DNA from: Dehalococcoidia bacterium
Lineage (GTDB): Bacteria; Chloroflexota; Dehalococcoidia; Bin125
DNA length: 64,000 nucleotides
Direction of reading: 5' to 3'
Assembly (NCBI GenBank): GCA_963663235.2
Contig: CAXXNO010000008.1
Coordinates: forward strand, 96,001-160,000
This document shows, piece by piece, positions 57,376 to 64,000 of this stretch (within the stretch, counting starts at the first letter, position 1; every line of letters starts with the position of its first letter). The translations under genes were made by a program, and so were the position numbers. The notes beneath the pieces were generated by a model that was not told the DNA's origin, did not search any database, and saw nothing but the letters and a program-made list of their open reading frames with translations.

Positions 57376-57994
57376 CCGTGCCCCGCTTGCTCGCAGCCCC
57401 ATCGATCCCGCTCCCCCGGTCGCGGTCGTCGATGGTTGGGAGGTCAGCGATCGGCAAAGCTCCGCTGCCCTACGAATCGTCGACTGCACGCCCCTGGCGA
57501 AGGTCCTCGTGCGTGCCGACGGCGACGGAGAAGCGGCGCGGACGCTCGATGTCGGTTTCGGCAACGCGCGGCGGGACGCCGCCGGCACTCTCGTAGTTGG
57601 CGATGGGCCGGATGAGTGGATTTTACTGGCGCCTCCGGGGAGCGCGCCGACACTGGCACAGCGGCTGGACAATCTGGCCTCAGGCGAGTTCGTCAGCGTC
57701 CTCGATGTCACCCACGTCCGCGCTCTGATCCGGCTGACCGGCGAGGATGCGGCCCACCTCTTGGCCAAGGTCTGCGCCATCGACCTCGACGAGCAGGTAA
57801 CGCCCAACGGCGCCGCCTTTCGTAGCTCGGTGGCCGAGGTGGTGACCGACGTCGTTCGCGATGATCAGGCCAGTGCGCGTTCCTACCTGCTTCACTGCGA
57901 GCGCTCGTTCGGCCAGTACCTGTTCGATGCCTTGCTGGATGCGGGCAACGAGTTCGGCATGGACATCGACGGCTTCCGGCCGCCCGGGATCTGA
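57368..57994 (+). CDS. mgdD: NMG dehydrogenase / sarcosine oxidase gamma subunit
   Basis: ARSP, GPDEW, L.G..A..LLAK.C.IDL, RSFG.YL...L.DA..EF motifs. Confidence 0.85.
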   Translation: MVDRAPLARSPIDPAPPVAVVDGWEVSDRQSSAALRIVDCTPLAKVLVRADGDGEAARTLDVGFGNARRDAAGTLVVGDGPDEWILLAPPGSAPTLAQRLDNLASGEFVSVLDVTHVRALIRLTGEDAAHLLAKVCAIDLDEQVTPNGAAFRSSVAEVVTDVVRDDQASARSYLLHCERSFGQYLFDALLDAGNEFGMDIDGFRPPGI

Positions 57995-58057
57995 GCAGCC
58001 CGTGCCGCACCCTCGCTCCACCCCGAGTCACCAACGCCCACGCCCTGCGTACCGGCA

Positions 58058-58738
58058 ATGACTGACCTCTCCGCGCTCCTGGCCACGCTTCAACACGGCG
58101 ATAGCTTCTTCCCCAGCGGCGCCATCGCCTTCTCGCACGGCCTGGAAACCCTCCGCGCCGATGGCGAAGTCACTACCGCCGACGAGGTCGAGCGATTCAT
58201 CCTCGGGCAACTGTGGGGCCGCTGGGCCTCGTGCGACCGTGCCATCCTCACCGCCGCCTACCACGCGGGCGCCGATCTCGACCGGGTGGAGCACGCCGAT
58301 CGACTCCTGGACGCCATCGCGCTTCCCCGCGAGCTGCGCGAGGGCTCGCGCCGGACGGGGGCCGCGCTGCTCGGAGTCCACGTGGATCTGGGCACCCACA
58401 ACGCCCGGGCATACCGGGAACGGACGGACACGGACGAGGCGCTCGGTCACCTCTCCGCGGTCCAGGGTCTTGTCTGGCGCGGCATCGGCCTGTCCTTGGA
58501 TGAAGCCGGCGCGGCGGCCGTTCACGCGCTTTGCATCGCGCTGCTGGGCGCCGCCTTGCGCCTGAGCGTGATCGGCCACGTCTCGGCTCAGCGCCTCCTC
58601 GGTGGCCTGCGGCCGGCTCTCGTGCAACTGCTGGCGCAGGAGCCGCCCTCACTGGACGAGATCCACACCTTTGCTCCGCTGCCGGAGATTGCTGTGATGC
58701 GACACGAGACCCAGACGAGCCGGCTGTTTTCCAACTGA
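58058..58738 (+). CDS. ureF: Urease accessory protein UreF
   Basis: DS.FP.GA.AFS.GLE, RE.SRR.G, HE....RLF motifs. Confidence 0.9.
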   Translation: MTDLSALLATLQHGDSFFPSGAIAFSHGLETLRADGEVTTADEVERFILGQLWGRWASCDRAILTAAYHAGADLDRVEHADRLLDAIALPRELREGSRRTGAALLGVHVDLGTHNARAYRERTDTDEALGHLSAVQGLVWRGIGLSLDEAGAAAVHALCIALLGAALRLSVIGHVSAQRLLGGLRPALVQLLAQEPPSLDEIHTFAPLPEIAVMRHETQTSRLFSN

Positions 58739-58763
58739 CGAGTTGGGTGAAAGGGATAAGCCG

Positions 58764-59465
58764 ATGCTACTGATACCGACGGAGATCGAGCGCCTGATGA
58801 TCTTCAGTGCGGCCGAGCTCGCGCGGAAGCGTCGGGCCCGGGGACTGAAACTCAATCATCCCGAGGCTGTTGCTCTGATCACTGATGAGATCCTCGAAGG
58901 CGCTCGCGATGGGCGATCGGTCGCCAATCTCATCGGCTTCGGCGCGACTCTACTGACCACCGACGACGTCCTCCCCGGCGTCGCCGAGATGGTGTCAGTC
59001 GTCCAGGTGGAAGGCACCTTCCTCGATGGCACCAAGCTGGTCACGGTCCATGACCCGATCCGGCCGGGGAAGGAGGAGATCCCTCCGGCGCGAGCGGTCG
59101 TTCCGGGCGAGATCATCACTGCCGACGGCGACATCGAGTTGAATGCGGGCCGTAGTAGGGCCACGGTGACGGTCACGAACACCGGCGACCGCCCGGTCCA
59201 AGTTGGTAGCCATTACCATTTCTTCGAAGTCAACCGCCATCTCGACTTCGATCGCGCGGCCGCGTTCGGCCTCCGGCTTGATATCCCGGCGGGAACCGCG
59301 TTGCGCTTCGAGCCCGGCGAGAGCAAAGCAGTGACCCTCGTCGAGTTCGGGGGCAACGGCGAACTCTCCGGCCTCAACAGCCTCACCGTCGGCTCGCGCC
59401 ACTCCACCGACACCAAGGAGCGGGCCATCCATCGCGCCCGCGAGCGCGGCTTCAAGGGAGCTTGA
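58764..59465 (+). CDS. ureAB: Fused urease gamma/beta subunit
   Basis: [24 protein letters not shown] (gamma) followed by [34 protein letters not shown] (beta). Confidence 0.92.
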   Translation: MLLIPTEIERLMIFSAAELARKRRARGLKLNHPEAVALITDEILEGARDGRSVANLIGFGATLLTTDDVLPGVAEMVSVVQVEGTFLDGTKLVTVHDPIRPGKEEIPPARAVVPGEIITADGDIELNAGRSRATVTVTNTGDRPVQVGSHYHFFEVNRHLDFDRAAAFGLRLDIPAGTALRFEPGESKAVTLVEFGGNGELSGLNSLTVGSRHSTDTKERAIHRARERGFKGA

Positions 59466-59468
59466 GCC

Positions 59469-61181
59469 ATGGCAACGATCACACGCCGCCGTTACGCCAC
59501 CCTGTACGGCCCCACCACGGGCGATGCGATCCGCCTGGCCGACACCTCACTTCTCGCCGAGATCGAGCACGACTTCGCCGTATACGGCGACGAGTGCTTG
59601 CATGGCGGTGGCAAGACCCTTCGTGATGGCATGGGGTTGGTGTCCGGCCTCACCAGCGAGGCCGGATCGCTCGACATGCTGCTCAGCAACGCCGTCGTGA
59701 TTGATCCCGTGATCGGCGTCGTCAAGGCCGATATCGGGATCAAGGAGGGCCGGATCTCGGGTATCGGAAAGGCGGGAAACCCGGCTGTCATGGACGGAGT
59801 CGACCCATCCTTGCTTTGCGGGGCGGCGACCACCGTCCGCGACGCCGAGGGATTGATCGCAACGCCCGGCGGCATCGACTGTCACGTCCACTTCGACAGC
59901 GCCCAGCTCTGCGAACACGCCATCAGCAGCGGCGTGACGACGATGCTGGGCGGATCGCTAGGCCCGATTACCGTGGGGATCGACTCGGGCGGCGCCTGGA
60001 ATGTGGCCCGGATGCTCCAGGCCGCTGAGCACTGGCCGATCAACTTCGGCTTCCTGGGCCGGGGTAACTCCTCCGACCCGCGCTCCCTGATCGATCAGAT
60101 CGAAGGCGGCTGCATGGGGCTCAAGATTCACGAGGACTGGGGCGCGATGCCGGCCGTCATCGACACCTGCCTCAGCGTCGCTGACGAGATGGATTTCCAG
60201 GTCCAGCTCCACACCGACACGCTGAACGAGAGCGGCTTTCTGGAGGATACGCTCGCAGCCATCAACGGCCGCACCATCCACATGTACCACGCGGAGGGCG
60301 CCGGTGGTGGCCACGCACCGGACATCATTCGCGTCTCCGGCGAGCCGAACTGCCTCCCCTCCTCCACCAACCCGACGAATCCTTACACGGTCAACACGTT
60401 CGATGAGCACCTCGACATGATCATGGTCTGCCACCACCTCAATCCGGCGGTGCCGGAGGATGTGGCCTTCGCCGAGAGTCGCATCCGCGCGGAGACCATC
60501 GCCGCGGAAGATGTGCTGCATGACCTGGGGGCCATCTCCATGCTCGGCTCGGATAGCCAAGGCATGGGCCGCATCAGCGAGGTGATCTGTCGCACCTGGC
60601 AACTGGCTAGCAAGATGCGAGATCAGCGCGGCCGCTTGCCCGGAGAGCGCCTCGCCCGTGGCGACAACGAGCGCATCAAGCGCTACATCGCCAAGTACAC
60701 CATTAATCCCGCACGAGCCTTCGGCATCGATGCCCACGTGGGTTCGCTGGAGTCGGGCAAGCTCGCCGACGTGGTGCTCTGGCGGCCGGCCTTCTTCGGC
60801 ATAAAACCAGAGCTCGTCATCAAAGGCGGCTTTATCGTTTGGTCCGCCATGGGCGATAGCGCCGCCTCGCTGATGACCTGTGAGCCGCTGATGTTGCGCC
60901 CGCAATGGGGCGCCTTCGGGAGCGCGCCGCAGGCGCTGAGCCTGGCTTTCGTCTCCCAGGCTGCGATGGACCGTGACATCAAAGGCCGGCTCGACTTGCG
61001 CACGGAGGTTGTGCCGGCGAAGAACACGCGCCGGCTCACCAAGGGGAATATGCTGCATAACGATGTGTGTCCGGAGGTGCGCGTGAACCCTGAGACATTC
61101 GAGGTCCATGTCGACGGCGAACTGGCCACCTGCGAGCCGGCGCAGGAACTTCCCCTCGCCCGCCGCTACATGCTGCGATGA
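59469..61181 (+). CDS. ureC: Urease alpha subunit, divergent
   Basis: [62 protein letters not shown] motifs. Confidence 0.92.
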   Translation: MATITRRRYATLYGPTTGDAIRLADTSLLAEIEHDFAVYGDECLHGGGKTLRDGMGLVSGLTSEAGSLDMLLSNAVVIDPVIGVVKADIGIKEGRISGIGKAGNPAVMDGVDPSLLCGAATTVRDAEGLIATPGGIDCHVHFDSAQLCEHAISSGVTTMLGGSLGPITVGIDSGGAWNVARMLQAAEHWPINFGFLGRGNSSDPRSLIDQIEGGCMGLKIHEDWGAMPAVIDTCLSVADEMDFQVQLHTDTLNESGFLEDTLAAINGRTIHMYHAEGAGGGHAPDIIRVSGEPNCLPSSTNPTNPYTVNTFDEHLDMIMVCHHLNPAVPEDVAFAESRIRAETIAAEDVLHDLGAISMLGSDSQGMGRISEVICRTWQLASKMRDQRGRLPGERLARGDNERIKRYIAKYTINPARAFGIDAHVGSLESGKLADVVLWRPAFFGIKPELVIKGGFIVWSAMGDSAASLMTCEPLMLRPQWGAFGSAPQALSLAFVSQAAMDRDIKGRLDLRTEVVPAKNTRRLTKGNMLHNDVCPEVRVNPETFEVHVDGELATCEPAQELPLARRYMLR

Positions 61182-61834
61182 CGGCCTCAGCGGACGGTGA
61201 GCGCTCCGGTCCCAAGCGCATCGGCATCGGCGGGCCCGTGGGGTCGGGCAAGACGGCGCTGATCGAGGCACTGATTCCGCGCCTGCATTACCGCGGCTAC
61301 GAGGTCGCCATCGTGACCAACGACCTGGTGACGCAAGAGGACGCCGAACGCCTCCAGCGCGCCGGATCCATTGCCCCCGAGCGCGTGGTCGGTGTGGAGA
61401 CAGGCGCCTGCCCCCACACCGCCATCCGTGAGGACCCGACGCTGAACATCGCCGCGGCTGATCGCCTCGCGAGGCGCTTTCGCTTGCTGGACCTGATCTT
61501 GATCGAGAGCGGCGGCGACAACTTGGCTTCCACCTTCTCCCGCGAACTCGTGGATTACTGGCTCTTCGTGATCGATGTAGCCGCCGGCGACGATGTCCCG
61601 CGGAAGCGCGGCCCCGGCCTGATCCAGTGCGATCTCCTCGTGGTCAACAAGATCGATCTCGCGCCCTACGTTCACGCCAATCTCGATGTCATCCGCAGGG
61701 ACAGCGTCATGCTTCGCGGCGACCGGCCGATCGCCTTCACCAACTGTCAGACCGGTGACGGGATCGAGTCGGTCATGCAGCTCCTCACGGGCGACGTCCT
61801 TCAGCGAGCATCCGCGAGAGCCGGTCCCTTGTGA
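61178..61834 (+). CDS. ureG: Urease accessory GTPase UreG
   Basis: [30 protein letters not shown] motifs. Confidence 0.93.
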   Translation: MTASADGERSGPKRIGIGGPVGSGKTALIEALIPRLHYRGYEVAIVTNDLVTQEDAERLQRAGSIAPERVVGVETGACPHTAIREDPTLNIAAADRLARRFRLLDLILIESGGDNLASTFSRELVDYWLFVIDVAAGDDVPRKRGPGLIQCDLLVVNKIDLAPYVHANLDVIRRDSVMLRGDRPIAFTNCQTGDGIESVMQLLTGDVLQRASARAGPL

Positions 61835-62709
61835 CGGCATCCGTGCTCGGCGGCGCGCCGCCGCTGCCCGCTTCCGGCGCCAGCGGCGGCCGGGCCGAGT
61901 TCCGCTTCGAGCGCGCGCCCGGTGGTCGCACCTATTTGGCGGGGCAGTACGTCGAGTACCCGTACCACGTTACCCGTCCCCTCTATCTCGAGCCCTCGTG
62001 GCCGGAGCTGCCCATGCTGTGTGTGCAGTCGGCATCGGGCGGTCTCTTCCAGGGCGACCGGCTGCAACTGACGGCTGCGCTGGGGCAGGAAGCCGCGGTT
62101 CAGGTGACCACGCAGTCCGCGACCAAGGCCCACAGGATGCAGCGCGATCACGCAGTCCAGTCGGTTGATCTCGCTCTCGCCCCTGGAAGCTATCTCGAAT
62201 ACCTCGCCGATCCCCTCATCCTGTTTCCCGGCGCCCGCGTCCTCGCGTCCGTGGCGGTACGCCTCAGCGAAGATTCCTCCGCGATCGTGCGGGAGTCGTT
62301 CCTCCACCATGACCCGGCCGGTTCGCGCGAGGCGGCTTTTAGTCTCCTTGTCAGCGAGGTTGCCATCTCCCGTCCAGACGGGACACTGCTCGCCCTGGAC
62401 CGGCAGCGGATCTGTCCGGCCGGCGATACGCGGGAAGTCCGCGATCTCTTGCGCCGCTTTCCTGCGCAGGGGGCCGTCTATGCGCTCGGCGCTTCGTCTC
62501 TGCCTCAACTCACGGAACAGCTGCGCCACGCGCTCGATGCATCCCCCGCCTGCTACGGCGGGGCCTCCGCCCTCCCCAATGGCTGCGGGGCGTACCTGCG
62601 CGTACTCGCCCCGGATGGTGAATCACTGCGGGCCGCTCTCGACCTCGCCTGCGCCGCTGCCCGTTGGTCGATCACGCGCCGTCCCGTCTCCCATCACTGG
62701 CGGAAGTAA
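61831..62709 (+). CDS. ureD: Urease accessory protein UreD/UreH
   Basis: SGGL.QGD.L, TTQSATK, LEYL.DP.I.F motifs. Confidence 0.88.
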   Translation: MTASVLGGAPPLPASGASGGRAEFRFERAPGGRTYLAGQYVEYPYHVTRPLYLEPSWPELPMLCVQSASGGLFQGDRLQLTAALGQEAAVQVTTQSATKAHRMQRDHAVQSVDLALAPGSYLEYLADPLILFPGARVLASVAVRLSEDSSAIVRESFLHHDPAGSREAAFSLLVSEVAISRPDGTLLALDRQRICPAGDTREVRDLLRRFPAQGAVYALGASSLPQLTEQLRHALDASPACYGGASALPNGCGAYLRVLAPDGESLRAALDLACAAARWSITRRPVSHHWRK

Positions 62710-62858
62710 GGGGCGCCCTGTTGCCCCGCAGCGGGCTGTCCTCGCCGACCGTCTTCTATTAACTGCCCGGCAGGCGACCGCTTGTCTCATTCGCCGCCTG
62801 TAGGAAGGGCACAACGATCTGGTCTCCAATCGCCGTTGGCAAGAGCGCCGGGCTCATC

Positions 62859-64000
62859 TTGGCCGGCCGGCGCAAGGTCTACTACGGCTGGTGGCTGCTC
62901 GCCGCCGTCGTGCCGGCGCAGGCTGTGCTCACCGGTGTCTCCTTCTGGTCGTTCGGCCTCTACATCAAGCCGCTGGAAGATCAGTTCGGCTGGTCGCGTG
63001 CGGAGGTATCGCTCGGCTTCTCCGTCGCGCTGCTGATCAGCGGCCTCACCGCGCCGCTCGTCGGCAAGGCGATCGACGTCTATGGCCCCCGGCGGGTAAT
63101 CGTCATCGGCGCGGTCCTGTCGGTCGCCAGCTACCTCCTGCTCGCCACCACCAGTTCGCTGTGGCAGTGGTACGCGTACCAGTCGATCAACGCCGTCTTC
63201 CGGCAAATGATCTTCTTCATCCCCTTCACGGCCCTGATCGCGATCTGGTTCGATCGGCGGCGCGGTACCGCGATCGGCATTCTCGCCACCGGCTTCGCGC
63301 TCGGCGGCATGGTCATGGTGCCCGTGATGCGGGTCGTTATCGACTCTGTCGAATGGGATGGCTCTTTCCTCGTCTCTGCGGCGCTGATTGGCGTGCTCTT
63401 TCTGCCGCTGGGGCTCCTGCTGGTCCGGAACCGCCCCGCCGACGTGGGCGCGGAGGTGGATGGGGAGCCGCGGTTGGGCGCCGCGCCGAAAGCGCCGGTC
63501 GCTCCGGTCGGGATGACCCTCAGTCAGGCGCTGCGGACGCCGCTGTTCTGGGCGCTCGCCCTGGCATTCGCGTTCTTCTTCTACGGCCTCTTCGGATGGA
63601 CCGTGCATGCCATCCCCTACTACGAGTCCGTCGGCCTCTCGCCGGGCTGGGCCGTGGCTTTCTTCTCCATCGCCTCCGGCGCCGCCGTGCTCACTCGCCT
63701 GACGTTCGGAATCCTTGCGGACCGGATCCGCAACATCGAGAGGGCCGCTGCCATACTCGCCGTTTTTTTGGTGGTCGCCATGCTGGTCCTGTACGTGACG
63801 GCCGGGTCGACGCTTGGGTTGGCGCTCTTCGTGCCCCTCTTCGTGATCGGCACCGGCGGCGGACCCATGTTCGAGCCGCTCTTGCTCACCCGGTCCTTCG
63901 GTATCGCTCACTTCGGCACGATCCTGGGCGCCGTGGCGGCGGTGGACACGGTGGGCCTCGTGATCAGCCCCACCGTGGCCGGCGCAATCTTCGACGCCAC
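62859..64000 (+). CDS. MFS transporter (OFA/MCT-like), 3' end beyond window
   Basis: Open frame RKVYYGWWLL...FGLYIKPLEDQFGWSR, GKAIDVYGPR, WFDRRRG.A.G, G.LADR, FG.AHFG.I.G; absent from the ORF track because no stop falls inside the window. Confidence 0.85.
   Translation, partial: MAGRRKVYYGWWLLAAVVPAQAVLTGVSFWSFGLYIKPLEDQFGWSRAEVSLGFSVALLISGLTAPLVGKAIDVYGPRRVIVIGAVLSVASYLLLATTSSLWQWYAYQSINAVFRQMIFFIPFTALIAIWFDRRRGTAIGILATGFALGGMVMVPVMRVVIDSVEWDGSFLVSAALIGVLFLPLGLLLVRNRPADVGAEVDGEPRLGAAPKAPVAPVGMTLSQALRTPLFWALALAFAFFFYGLFGWTVHAIPYYESVGLSPGWAVAFFSIASGAAVLTRLTFGILADRIRNIERAAAILAVFLVVAMLVLYVTAGSTLGLALFVPLFVIGTGGGPMFEPLLLTRSFGIAHFGTILGAVAAVDTVGLVISPTVAGAIFDA

Noticed and set aside
55909-57807. 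Long antisense or alternative-frame ORFs (also 3584..4999, 44513..45739, 59958..61271, 62787..63911)
   Set aside because: They overlap well-supported genes, are Arg/Ala/Pro-rich and lack motifs; typical high-GC shadow ORFs.
52883-57994. Annotation as a plain sarcosine oxidase soxBDAG
   Set aside because: Not excluded by sequence alone, but adjacency to gmaS and mgsABC favours N-methylglutamate dehydrogenase.

Overview
High-GC bacterial DNA that is densely coding and dominated by catabolic enzymes. The gene content (five luciferase-like monooxygenase loci, TcuA, CaiB, ThDP enzymes) suggests Chloroflexota/Dehalococcoidia or a similar soil lineage, but this is inference only. No rRNA, tRNA, CRISPR array or mobile element was recognised. 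Highlights: (1) a complete N-methylglutamate methylamine pathway (mgsABC divergent from gmaS-mgdABCD) that runs directly into a urease-like operon. The alpha subunit keeps all Ni ligands but has remodelled substrate-binding loops, making it a candidate N-methylurea/substituted-urea hydrolase. (2) An island with two paralogous Tat-exported proteins built from four copies of a ~160-aa Cys-bracketed domain. One carries an M23 peptidase; the other has a Ser/Arg-rich tail whose frame continues past a TGA. They share a duplicated palindromic operator and are followed by a PqqD(RRE)-HPr-kinase-like fusion. (3) Two GrdB/PrdB-family selenoproteins split by the ORF track at in-frame UGA codons (UxxC motif), each with a SECIS-like hairpin whose loop starts 18 nt after the UGA. 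(4) A secreted lysyl-oxidase-like protein. (5) Several point lesions or non-canonical starts.
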